A stretch of 62,651 nucleotides of DNA, the filler included, from Nemertoderma westbladi (Eukaryota > Animalia > Xenacoelomorpha), in assembly GCA_032718475.1 (NCBI GenBank). It is 3 parts of 3 records of this genome, joined end to end, with 100 filler letters (N's around TTAATTAATTAA, not from the genome) between each part and the next. Parts side by side here need not be neighbours in the genome. Positions count along the whole stretch, not along the records: positions 1 to 28,179 come from JAUCBJ010006479.1; positions 28,280 to 59,430 come from JAUCBJ010005252.1; 1 more part is not named here. One strand, given 5' to 3'. Both the position numbers and the translations under genes were made by a program. Position 1 is the stretch's first letter; every line of letters starts with the position of its first letter. Shown piece after piece: positions 23,130-34,570 of this stretch. Below the pieces are notes generated by a model. It was not told where the DNA came from and searched no databases. It worked only from the letters and a program-made list of their open reading frames with translations.

Positions 23130-24089
23130 CTATAGAACGCTGTCCAACCAATCTTCTAAATATTTGGCGGCAATATCGTCACTCTGGGGCTCCGTAGTTA
23201 ACAATTTTGAGTCCTTGTTTTGATTATCTAGTAATTCCTGGACACCAATGTCATCAATAAATTGGTTTCCGGTAGGTTCCTTCTCAGGTAATTTTTTACC
23301 GATAAGCACAGCTGTAACTGTTTGGGCTTTATCTGGCTCGAGTTTGGAGTTGGAAGACGAAATTCTAAAATCCAATGGAGTGACACCTCCTCCATCCAGA
23401 TTGGCAGAGGGCGGCGGTGCATCCCTGGTAGTTTGGGGAAAAAAAGATAAATTGAGTTTATGTCGATGGATATCAGCCTGTGATTTATTTCTATCGTTGA
23501 CTTCCTGACTTCCGTCGGAGTCCGTACAACAACTATCCTCGCCGTCGTAGATTTTCTGGTAATTATTAGCTTCTTCTGTGAATTGCTCGATTTGTTCTGA
23601 CGTGAAGAATTCCTCGGAAATCCCTAAACGTTTGGGCAACGGGATACATTTTAACGCGCGACTTATCTCAACCAAATCAACGCGAAACATGTTATTATTC
23701 CCCTCATCAGATACTATTTTATCCCAATCTAACTCGTCTCGAAACCGGAACTGGGATGAAGCTTCTTCTGGTTGCTGATTGGCTAGTTCCCCAAAGTCTC
23801 TCCCTCCTCTGGGAAGGCCGTCAGCGTCAGTTTCATCCGGTTCCGTCTGGTCATCATAACGGGACCAGTTACTGAGGACTCTTCTTCTAGCAAACAACCT
23901 ACTGGAGTCATCTTCATGGGTTATCTGTGTGTTTTCTTCTGGTTGTGTCGTTTCTGTTATTTGACTTTTGGTGGTGCTGCCCACTTTTGTAACTTCGCTT
24001 GGACCTACCCCCTTCCTGAGACGCTGGGAGTGATGCTTCTTGTTTTGTTGTGATCTCCGATGTTCTTCTCGCCTTATGGATTTATCCAT
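23130..24089 (-). CDS. AVEN: Cell death regulator Aven-like protein, intron-free CDS, 319 aa
   Basis: Motifs FARRRVLSNWSRY, SSQFRFRDELDWD, RALKCIPLPKRLGI and C-terminal LEDWLDSVL match, in order, the conserved Aven blocks as I recall them (SNWDRY, SQFRFAEEKEWD, LEDWLDS). Confidence 0.85.
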   Translation of the reverse strand: MDKSIRREEHRRSQQNKKHHSQRLRKGVGPSEVTKVGSTTKSQITETTQPEENTQITHEDDSSRLFARRRVLSNWSRYDDQTEPDETDADGLPRGGRDFGELANQQPEEASSQFRFRDELDWDKIVSDEGNNNMFRVDLVEISRALKCIPLPKRLGISEEFFTSEQIEQFTEEANNYQKIYDGEDSCCTDSDGSQEVNDRNKSQADIHRHKLNLSFFPQTTRDAPPPSANLDGGGVTPLDFRISSSNSKLEPDKAQTVTAVLIGKKLPEKEPTGNQFIDDIGVQELLDNQNKDSKLLTTEPQSDDIAAKYLEDWLDSVL

Positions 24090-26005
24090 AATCTAACTGA
24101 CATACAGGGCAGCTAATGCAGTACCGGTAATAGTTACCGGTATTGTATGGAAATTTAATCCAAGGCATACCGCATAGCTATAGTCCAGTAGTCCTGTAGT
24201 CTGACAGTAGAATCTATGCTGCTATCAAGGCCTACTACTGTAGTATAGTAAGTAGTAGGCTATCGCTGTATCGTATCGCTACAGTAGACTTATCTAGTAG
24301 GCCATGGCTGCTATATAGTGCTGGTACAAAGGCAGCAAGGCAAAACAAACAACAATATGGAACTTTTTACTTTTTATTAACTAAGACCATTTATAAAAAA
24401 AGTTTACGTTTTTTCCCCATGTAATACGTCATTTTATTCTTGAATTGGTACTTTTTGTTACTTAATTCTTTAATAAAACGTACAGCGATATAGTGTTATA
24501 AAATAAATTGAACTATAGGGCCTAGTATTTATACTACTCTATATTGCTTCCATAGTCACTGCTATTCTAATTATTGTACTCTTCAGCTGCTGATGCTGCC
24601 TTACTCAATGTTAAATAATTTAGTGTTCTCGAATATTCTTTACGTAACTAGAGAGCCGCTTAACAACATAAACCAATATTGGAAATTGAGTTCCGTTTTT
24701 GAGTTCGCCTTGCAGACACTAAAGTTGCAGTAACTTTTGAGTGCGTGAATAGATTTTGCTCAAATTGCTTGCAAACCTTTTCTACGTCGATGCTGTTTCA
24801 ATACATTCAAGAAAATTTAAGAAATTCCACCAAAAATATTTTATTTTACATTTTCGCCGGGAAAAGAGTAAAATTAATGCAATCATATTTACTTTTTTCC
24901 CAAAGGAAAAAAAGTGCAATTCTCCGGATTTTGGTCTCAATTCGAGCGAAAAAGTAACAATTTAAGAATAAAATATACAATATAATTAATATGGAATTCT
25001 CAGATACTGTAGGTACACCCTCCTCTCCATGCAAAATATTCATTTTTTCTATTCTCAGCTCCAATGTTGGCATTGTACGGACGGTATACGAATTTATGCG
25101 GACAATTGACTGAATGAACAGGCAGACACAAAAGCTACATATCTGCAGACAGAACTCCTTTCTTTTATTTACAGTAAAATAACACTAATTCTAATAATTA
25201 AATAGAACAGTAGGCCGTAGGCCTGTTATGGTTTTCTTTAACCACCATTTATTTATTATTAGATAATAATTAACCATATACATGTACTGTACTGTATGGC
25301 TGGAGGATCTGGGTACGGTGATTCAGTAATGGTGATGGCCCCATGTTACGTGTATCTCCACTATCAGACTAAAAGGCAATGGTGACATGTGTGGAATTTG
25401 TTTGTAGTATGCCAAGAACATTAGAACATTGAGATATATGGCAATACTTAAGAAATAATATACATATATTTATGTTGATATTGAACTACCTACAGTACAT
25501 TACAGCAGTAAGTTAAATAAAATAAAGTTAGAAGGCCTAATACGTTCATTTTTTTAATCATTATGTCTGGAAAGTACGGTGGCTGAATGTGGCCATAAAT
25601 AATTACATTAATTGTTAAATTGAGAAAGGAAATTAATTAAATATTTAAAACATTATAAAATTAATTTATTGAAATATAATTATATGAAAAAAAAAATAAT
25701 TAAAAATAAAATAATTAAAACCAAAGAATTAATGAAATAATTCTACTAGGTACCGGGTGCGGTTATTATGATCAGTTGAAGCAGTTTGTTCAACAGTATG
25801 AAAAAAAAAGTGAAAAGGGTCCAGCTTATAGCCCTCTAGGGTCCACCTTGAATTCCATTTTAATTTGACTTTAAAATTTAAACAATTAAATTTCCCATCT
25901 TTGGTGAGCATGCTGTCTTAAACTCTATAGGCTGACGCTGACAGCCAGTAGTACGGTACATACTTCATGACAGTTAGTATTTTGTAATAGACCAACTTAC
26001 TGTAG

Positions 26006-27466
26006 ATGGCTTCAAAAGATTACCAAGACGACAGTGATAATGGTCAACAATTGCCGGATATCGCGAGCTCCATCGTAGATTACCATCCCTTACGACCGGC
26101 TAATGAATCCAACAAATTGTCGAAACGCGGTATCCTCGCAATATTCGGCGGCTTCCTGGTAAATATAACCCTCGGCATCTCATACACTTTCGGTAACATG
26201 AGTCCTTATATTGTTTCATATATACGTGTTCGTTCTACGCCGGACGATCTAACAGACGACACTATGACATGGTGTTTCGGGTTAAATTTAATAGCGTACA
26301 GTCTCTCTACGCCGTTGGGAGGTCTGGTGGCGAGGAATTGGGGTTCTCGCGCCCCTGTCATACTGGGTTCGTTGCTCTTTAGCGGGAATCTGGCGGCGAC
26401 TTATTACTCAATCCAACAGGGTTTCGTCTCCGTGTTGGTCACCTACGGGTTTGTCATGAACGTTGGCGTTGGTATCATGTACGTCTCCCCGTTTATGATG
26501 GCGCAGGTTTGGCTCCCGCATCACAAAGGGTTGGCCAGTGGTCTGGTTCTTAGCGGTTATGGTGTTGGTGGAATCATTTTCAATCAGATCGAAACTTTCT
26601 TTATAAATCCAAATAACCTATCTCCAAATTATTCCGATCCAAAAGATCCCGACTCAGTTTATTTCACACAGAAGGAAATCCTCGATAGAGTCCCTCTCTC
26701 GTTCGTTGTACTCGCCATATCTTACGCCGTTATACAAGCTATAGGGGTCTGTTTGATGAAAGACAAACACAGAATTACAAGAGTCGGATCCAGGCAACGT
26801 TTGGACTTCAACCCCGCTGACAAATCACCTAAATTTATGCTAAAAACGGCTTTTTTCTACCAGATGTATTCGATTAATGTAGCTGTACAGCTTGTAATAG
26901 GATTCATAAACTCTTTATATAAAACTTATGGGGAAGGTTTTATACCAGATGATGAATTTCTCGCGAGTATTGGATCCGTTAGTTGCACTGCTAATTGTTT
27001 GGGGAGGTTGTTTTTCGGTTTCGTCGGTGATAAATGTGGCATGAAACCGACGTTGGTGTTTATTTGCGCTATGGTCTCTGTTTTCTCGACAACCATGTTC
27101 TTATGTCCTTATGGCGGACGTTGGATGCTTCTCGTATGGGTCTGGATGGTATATTTCGCAATGATGGGTACCACTACGGTTCTCCCTGCTATGATCACCA
27201 CACAATACGGACCATCCCATTCGACTCTAAACTACAGTTTAATTTGCAACGCAGCGTTTATTGCAGGTATTTTGGCGCCGATTTTATCAACAACTTTGCA
27301 AGTTTACTTAGGTTGGGGTGCGTCTTTCATCACATGCGGGTTTATTCTAGCTATTAGTATGGTGGTTGCTATGTCAATGAAATATAAAGGTGACCAAACT
27401 TCCAACATAACCAAAAATAATATTGAAAATTCGATTCAAAGTGAAATCGGACCTGTGATTGCTTAG
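26006..27466 (+). CDS. MFS transporter, oxalate:formate antiporter (OFA)/monocarboxylate-like, intron-free CDS, 486 aa
   Basis: About 12 hydrophobic segments in a 6+6 arrangement; YTFGNMSPY, WLPHHKGLASGLVLSGYG, INPNNLSP and NCLGRLFFGFVGDKCG (motif A-like). Confidence 0.85.
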   Translation: MASKDYQDDSDNGQQLPDIASSIVDYHPLRPANESNKLSKRGILAIFGGFLVNITLGISYTFGNMSPYIVSYIRVRSTPDDLTDDTMTWCFGLNLIAYSLSTPLGGLVARNWGSRAPVILGSLLFSGNLAATYYSIQQGFVSVLVTYGFVMNVGVGIMYVSPFMMAQVWLPHHKGLASGLVLSGYGVGGIIFNQIETFFINPNNLSPNYSDPKDPDSVYFTQKEILDRVPLSFVVLAISYAVIQAIGVCLMKDKHRITRVGSRQRLDFNPADKSPKFMLKTAFFYQMYSINVAVQLVIGFINSLYKTYGEGFIPDDEFLASIGSVSCTANCLGRLFFGFVGDKCGMKPTLVFICAMVSVFSTTMFLCPYGGRWMLLVWVWMVYFAMMGTTTVLPAMITTQYGPSHSTLNYSLICNAAFIAGILAPILSTTLQVYLGWGASFITCGFILAISMVVAMSMKYKGDQTSNITKNNIENSIQSEIGPVIA

Positions 27467-28179
27467 ATAATGATTATTTTTTTCAGTTAAAATTAATATT
27501 TATAATTTTTTAAAATCAATTATTGTGTTTCAATTATTTTAGTTAAGTGCCTTACGTATATTTTACGAAATTAGTGTAACAAATACGATATGTTAGTGTA
27601 ATCTACCAATTTATATATTATTACATAAATTATTTTATTTATAAATTCCCGAGGTATATAAGATATGAATATACTAGAAACCAGTATGGACGTTCGCGTT
27701 TGTGAACCCCGGGTCATACTATACGAATATCGAGGAGAAAGTGGCAGCAATGGGGAAGGGGTGGTGACCAAAGGAAAAAAACAGCTCAAAAGGGGAAAGG
27801 GGACAAATAAAAAGGGACATTAGTTTATTGTTTTTGTTAGAATCTGTGTCTCTGTAACCTGTTCTTTTCCCACAATAGAAAAGGTAAAAAATAAACTAAA
27901 ATAATTTTTTTGGTGAAACTATCTCAGATCTGGAATTCCTCATCAGCCTTAACTAACAGTTCATCAGCTCATTTAGTGGAAGTATATATTTGGAGTTAGT
28001 GGAGACTGGTATTATATCTATTTTAAATTCACAATTGAACGAACACTCGTAATATTATATGACTTTAGCGATGAATCAACTTCGAGTTGAAGCAGTTACA
28101 GTAAAGTAATAACCTGATTTCTGGCGCATTCGAACTACAATGGTCGATATATTTGTAGTGGATATATGTGGTATGTGGT

Positions 28180-28279
28180 NNNNNNNNNNNNNNNNNNNNN
28201 NNNNNNNNNNNNNNNNNNNNNNNTTAATTAATTAANNNNNNNNNNNNNNNNNNNNNNNNNNNNNNNNNNNNNNNNNNNN
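28180..28279. other. Assembly gap / artificial linker (N-run with TTAATTAATTAA)
   Basis: 100-nt N block with a central all-frame-stop palindrome. Confidence 0.97.
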
Positions 28280-28467
28280 GGATGATGGAATTGCTGTTCC
28301 CGGTTCTACTGAAGAATTCCAGAGATCTGGGGCCTGGTTAGACACTTGGTCTGGTGTTGGGAAGGACTCGGTCATTGCTGGAGTTAACAGGTGACTAGAG
28401 AGAGTAGAACAAGCAGCCACTGAAGCCATGACGGGCAGATGGTGCGATCTACATTGCCGAACTCATG

Positions 28468-28946
28468 ATGTAATGTAAATGGTTTTCTTCAGAAATGGAA
28501 AAAATGAGAAAGCACTACACCAGGGGTTGAACCAGCGCTATACATATGTTTCGGCCTATCAGGCCTCATCAGTAGCGTTAACCAGTTCAGCCACTTGCCC
28601 CTGACATTCACACTCCCACCTAATCCACTTCTATTGAACAGGCAGTGTTAAGTTACATAATCATATCTCTAACAGCGGACCTAATGGCCTCAAGTATGGT
28701 GAGTGAAACAGGAGGGAAGTACAAATAAATAAATAATCAGCTCGATTATTACTGCCCCCCCCCCCCCCCCCCCAGGTGATGTTAATTAAATAAATTGGAG
28801 TTGAGCTGTTGTGGGGGCAACTGTAATTAATAATGTAATGTAAATGGTTTTGTTCAGAAATTAAAAAAAGAAAAGCACGTCACCAGGGTTTGAACCAGCG
28901 CTATATGTACGATTCGGCCTCATCAGTAGCACTAACTAGTTCAGCC
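28468..28946 (-). mobile_element. Direct-repeat pair (~120 bp, 365 bp apart), each with a hammerhead motif; Penelope pLTR or retrozyme-like
   Basis: ATGTAATGTAAATGGTTTT...GAACCAGCGCTATA...GGCCTCATCAGTAGC...AGTTCAGCC at 28468-28592 and 28833-28946. Confidence 0.65.
28534..28579 (-). ncRNA. Minimal type I hammerhead ribozyme
   Basis: Minus strand reads AACGCUA-CUGAUGA-GGCCU-GAU-AGGCC-GAAA-CAUAU-GUA^-UAGCGCU. Catalytic core, stem II, a palindromic stem III and stem I are all present. Confidence 0.8.
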
Positions 28947-29437
28947 TATGATTAAAAAAAGTGTGATTTTGTAGCCGAAGTACTCAGTACAATAACATGG
29001 ACTTTAATTTCAATTTTTAGTTAAAACTCGAGTACAATAGTGTAAGGTGAAGATAATAATAGATGTTAAACTTAGTGTATTTGCTCTTTTTGGTGAAATT
29101 TGATTAAAATTTAAATAAAATTCATTTTAAATTTTATTAATGAATTTTTTGGTCCTTTTTGCACTTTCTACCCCCACTAATTCGACAATTGCGCTTCTAA
29201 TGAGATCACCCATGACCTGTTAGCCCCAGCAGAAGTGAAGATAATGTAAATTTTCAATAATATTTTTTGCACGGTAGATTAAATATGAGTGAAGAACAAA
29301 GTGGTATTGGGGTCACGTGTTCCAAATATTTTTTTTTCCTAAAATTTTGTCCATGTGTTATGGACACATAACCTCACCTTTTGGGTTAGTTCCTAAGTAA
29401 TTCGCGGACTTTTGATTTTTATGACACACCCACCCTA

Positions 29438-30655
29438 GTCTATATGTCCCTATAACCCTAACCCTATGTATGTCTGTATGTCCCTATAACCCTAACCCTA
29501 TGTCTGTATGTATGTCTATATGTCCCTATAACCCTAACCCTATGTATGTCTGTATGTCCCTATAACCCTAACCCTATGTATGTCTATATGTCCCTATAAC
29601 CCTAACCCTATGTATATGTCCCTATAACCCTAACCCTATGTATGTCTATATGTCCCTATAACCCTAACCCTATGTATATGTCCCTATAACCCTAACCCTA
29701 TGTATGTCCCTATAACCCTAACCCTATGTCTGTATGTATGTATATATGTCCCTATAACCCCAACCCTATGTATGTCTGTATGTCCCTATAACCCCAACCC
29801 TATGTATGTCTGTATGTCCCTATAACCCTAACCCTATGTATATGTCCCTATAATCCTAACCCTATGTATGTCTATATGTCCCTATAACCCTAACCCTATG
29901 TATATGTCCCTATAACCCTAACCCTATGTATGTCTATATGACTATATGTCCCTATAACCCTAACCCTATGTATATGTCCCTATAACCCTAACCCTATGTA
30001 TGTCTATATGTCGTTATAACCCTAACCCTATGTATATGTTCCTATAATCCTAACCCTATGTATGTCTATATGTCCCTATAACCCTAACCCTATGTATATG
30101 TCCCTATAACCCTAACCCTATGTATGTCTATATGTCCCTATAACCCTAACCCTATGTATATGTCCCTATGACCCTAACCCTATGTATGTCTATATGACTA
30201 TATGTCCCTATAACCCTAACCCTATGTATATGTCCCTATAACCCTAACCCTATGTATGTCCCTATAACCCTAACCCTATGTCTGTATGTATGTCTATATG
30301 TCCCTATAACCCTAACCCTATGTATGTCTGTATGTCCCTATAACCCTAACCCTATGTATGTCTATATGTCCCTATAACCCTAACCCTATGTATATGTCCC
30401 TATAACCCTAACCCTATGTCTGTATGTCCCTATAACCCCCAACCCTATGTATGTCGTCTATATGTCCCTATAACCCTAACCCTATGTATGTCTGTATGTC
30501 CCTATAACCCTAACCCTATGTATATGTCCCTATAACCCTAACCCTATGTCTGTATGTATGTCTGTATGTCCCTATAACCCTAACCCTATGTATGTCTATA
30601 TGTCCCTATAACCTTAACCCTATGTATATGTCCCTATAACCCTAACCCTATGTCT
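29438..30655. repeat. Telomere-like minisatellite TATGTCCCTATAACCCTAACCCTATG(TATGTC)n, ~26-40-bp units
   Basis: Each unit carries (TAACCC)2. Confidence 0.95.
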
Positions 30656-32211
30656 AAATAAAAATAAAATAATTTTAAATTTTAATTTAATTTTATATTC
30701 ATATAAATTAAGATCTTTTAATAAATTAAAATTAGATCTATTAATCAATTTACAAACTTATTGACAGATTATTTTATAACGTTATAATAATTTAATAAAA
30801 AATGTAGAAAATGTCATGAAATTTATATAATAAAATTATATATGTTTTGATATATTTATTCATATTTATGATTATTTTTGTGGTGGTTGACTTTTGGCTA
30901 CAGCGATACAGGTAGTCTTTATTTCTGCTGGAGTGTCTATTGTCCTATCAGCTGTGGGGGATCTAGATCCTATAGAGTATATTGCGCCCGGGGCAAACGC
31001 CGCAAACCCTGGAATTTAGAATGTTTACCAGTTATAATTTAACATTATTTTATTACCTGGACATTGTGGACAATAATATAATCCCATGCTTGTACCCATG
31101 GTATTTGCCACGTTATTTGTCAAGTTTTTTTTTAACGGTTTGGAACGGTTCAGCGGCCTGTCCTGCCTGTAATAACGTTTATAATTGCACATTGTAATCA
31201 TGTTGTTACGTAATAGAATATGTAAGTAAGTTGTAACCACCACCCCCCCCCCCCCCCCCCCATGCCCATTGCCAATACCAATTACTTTTTTTTGCATCTG
31301 TTGGATTGGAAGCAAGCTTATTTAATCCATCAGATGCTAATGAATAAACATTATTTGTTTGTTGAATCAAAATAAATAAATTTTCAATAAATTTTATAAA
31401 TATAAATCTCAAATATAAGTACTAAATAAGTTTTGATATAAGTGTACCAACTAATAAATAGCTTGAACATCGAACCCAACCTGTATATGTTTATCAATAA
31501 TATAGGTTCAATTTTACCAGATATGGTTTAGGTTATTGGGTAAATAAGATATATTCCTTAAGTTTTAATTTAATTTAAATTTAGAGAGTATCAGGATTCT
31601 TCGAATTTCAGTGGGTAGTTCATTCCAATATAGTGGAGGTCAGGTTTTTTTTTCTAAATATTTTAGTGAAATTTATATATAAAAATAGTGATTTCTAAAT
31701 TTTTTAACTTGTTTAGAAATATTTCTAAAATTAAATATTGAAAACAACAAATTGAAAAATATAAACTTTACAGCGTTCCATACCGGTATTTAATTTATTA
31801 TTAATTAATAATGTTGTTTGTTCCTTATTGTTCGTTCGTTCACCAGAATCGAATATTTGATCCTCTAAATCTGATTCATCTCCATCAGCTTCATTTGTAC
31901 CAACTTCTATAATATCAAATAAACTCCCTCATTTCTCGTGGTATTGTTTATTTCTAAGTAGATCGACAGCGGACATTTTGAAAAAAAAAAACCTGGTGGA
32001 GGTTGATATCTTATGGAATTCTGGCCAAAATTAGTTTTGAAACTTGAAAGAAGCTTGAACTTGAAAGTTATTTGGTACTCTATTTCCGTGTTGTCAAGTT
32101 GTATTTATTTTGTTATTTTTTTATATTAATATTTTTGCCATCATATCTTACTTTGATACTTTTAGGTTGGCGACGACCACATGTTGATGTTACGCGGGCC
32201 TGCCCTCCTTA

Positions 32212-32225
32212 GTTGCCACGGCAAC
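32212..32225. promoter_or_regulatory. Candidate RFX X-box GTTGCCACGGCAAC just upstream of the Cav3 start codon
   Basis: 13/14 match to the palindromic X-box GTTGCCATGGCAAC. Confidence 0.4.
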
Positions 32226-32239
32226 GAACTGCGGACGCT

Positions 32240-32457
32240 ATGGTGAGTCCGCCGCCGGGGTTTGAGTCACCGACACTAGTAATCGGCAGCCCGCGACCGG
32301 ACCACCGTCTGTCCGACAGCTCGGACGACGACGACAGCCAGTCCGGAGAGTCGGACTGTGCATCGCTTCTCTATCCAGACTTGGAGGATGTGACCTTCTT
32401 CTACCTCAAACAGACCACCCCCCTTCGACACATATGCATTCGCATCATCTTATGGCC
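32240..32457 (+). CDS. CACNA1G: T-type (Cav3) calcium channel alpha-1, coding exon 1
   Basis: MVSPPPG...LYPDLEDVTFFYLKQTTPLRHICIRIILWP matches the Cav3 pre-IS1 block. In-frame TAG upstream at 32210; ends at the U12 donor ATATCCTTT. The symbol stands for the CACNA1G/H/I group. Confidence 0.85.
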
Positions 32458-33079
32458 ATATCCTTTTTTTACATTTATACAGTACATTAGTAATATACAG
32501 TCTAGTACTTACGGCTATATTTCCTCTTTATTGGAAATAAAACCATAATCTTCAATTTTTTCGCCATTTATATTTAACTTAAAACAAATGTGTAATTCTC
32601 ATGTTGCAACACAGTAAGAATCGTGGTCTATTAATCAGCGTTGGTGTTTTATCCGTTGTAGAAAGGCATTCCATGCAATGTACATTAGTGTATTCGTGGT
32701 TAGTTAGACATCATACAAGAGCTATTCCAAATACTATCACTTAGTCACCAAGGCTCGTGAGGTGCCGTCTATTCTATTCAGTAATTAAAATTCTTCAGAA
32801 TAAGTCGAGAATGGTTATAGGTTGTTTGGAGAAAATTCGAACCACATCCCTAAAATATACTTTTATTCAAAAATTGAAACATTTCCTTCCTCTTTTAATT
32901 TCAACAGCGTCAAAAAATGTTTAGCTTTTTTGCACGCTCTCACTTTTTTGCACGCTCTCACTATATTACATTAATTGAACCGGTAGAACAGATTGTCAAA
33001 TTTCAAAAAAAAACAGCTATTGGCCGGACCCTCTAAATACCGTATTGAAGCTTTATATTTGATTTATATTGCACTTGTG

Positions 33080-33300
33080 TATTATTGACCGGACCCTTAT
33101 TACCTCGACTTTGTTATCGGACCCATTAAACTTGTAACATGTGTTAACTTTCGTTTATTGTTTTGGTTCCCCCAACACGCCTCTGTAACCTGCTCCTTTA
33201 CTAACCTGCTCCTTTAAATGGCAATGGGTCCGGTCAATGGATCCGGTCAACGGGTCCGGTCAGTGGGTCCGGTCAATTGAGCAATGGGTCCGGTCCGGTG
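33080..33300. mobile_element. Small MITE-like element with TTGACCGGACCC / GGGTCCGGTCAA sub-repeats
   Basis: Inverted sub-repeats flank the shared core motif. Confidence 0.55.
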
Positions 33301-34139
33301 GGTGGCCTTTCCCATACATGCTCGTTGCGCTAGGCGAGTAAACCGACTCGTACTGTTTTGTGTTTTCCTATAAAGTGCTACTTTTATCAATGGTTATAAA
33401 TAAATGTAAATAAATAGTTATTTTCAAAATGCACCAACATGATATTTCTATAGCCCTTCTATCGACTTACTTTAAATAAGTGTTTGGCACTTATTGTTGT
33501 ATGAGTGTGTGAACACTTTGTACGTTGGACTTACGGTATAATTTGACTAAATCTATATGTGGCTGGACAATAGGACATTGCTTTTAGCTTAGCATTTAAG
33601 GAGCTTTTTAATATGTTGGTTGGTAATGTTTCTATCGTGTTGAGATTTGCGCATGATTGCGTGGTAGCGGTCGTTAAGTGATTAGGGTGGAGTCGGACCG
33701 CTTGTAGGTACAATTCCCCCGGTATATCCAAATAATGTTTACGGCACCGAATGAGATTTACCTTTCAGACGGTTGTCGCTCTAATATCCACGATAACTGA
33801 ACAACCAACGGATTAAGGAGGCACGTGGAAACCCCATGACGTTAACCCATTCCCATTATTAATATAAAGTAAACACTCTGGCCTTTCATGTTGACTTGAC
33901 CTCATCATAAAATAATTAGATTGACAATAATACCCAACTTGTATTTTGTATAAATGTAAGTAACGGTATAGCTAGTTATTCCCGGGAGTGATTCGGCAAA
34001 AAAATAATTTACCAAAATTAAACGGTTTCGTTTTAATTGGAGTGGAGCTAGGGGTTTATTTTGTGTCGTAAATATATTAAATACTGAAATAGGTCGAGCG
34101 AGCGTGCTTGGATAGTGGAAAAGTTCCTTCCAGGCTTCT

Positions 34140-34570
34140 CGGTTCTACTTTCCTTTCTCCAAACTCCGTTTAGTGCTGCCCTTAGCCTTTAGTGGTCTTG
34201 AGTAACAACCATCAATTCGTTGTTCAAGTGAGTGCCCTCGTCTATCTAACACCAAAAGTACACTTTCCACTGTGGCTCGAAAGATCTTGGTTTTCAGGCT
34301 ACAGTTAGCGGGAGAGGTTCGTGATAAGAGCTACCCATGTCTTTGTTTCCATGATCTTTGTCTTTTCTGCGGCACCCTCTGTCCATGACCAAAGATACTG
34401 GAAGTCATCAACTTTCCTTAGTGGATTACTATAGATTGTGGTCTTGGTAGCATTTATATGCAATCCAACCTCCTTAGCAGCCCTCTCCACTTTATTTAGT
34501 AGAAGCTGTGCATCTGCTAGCGTATTAGAGAGCATGGCGATGTAATCCTCAAAGTCAGTGTCTGCTATTA
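34140..34570 (-). mobile_element. Decayed RTE-like LINE reverse transcriptase fragment
   Basis: DTDFEDYIAMLSNTLADAQLLLNKVERAAKEVGLHINATKT...KVDDFQYLWSW. Confidence 0.75.

Noticed and set aside
28225-28236. TTAATTAATTAA palindrome within N-runs (also at ~59475)
   Set aside because: Artificial scaffold linker, not biology; the ORF at 28232-28429 runs into it.
30655-32010. Very AT-rich stretch suggesting a mitochondrial insertion
   Set aside because: No convincing mitochondrial rRNA, tRNA or protein motif recognised.
32213-32548. ORF-track calls 32213-32548, 42376-42561 and 54682-54951 as standalone proteins
   Set aside because: They are read-throughs or wrong-frame overlaps of Cav3 exons; splice-defined coordinates are given instead.
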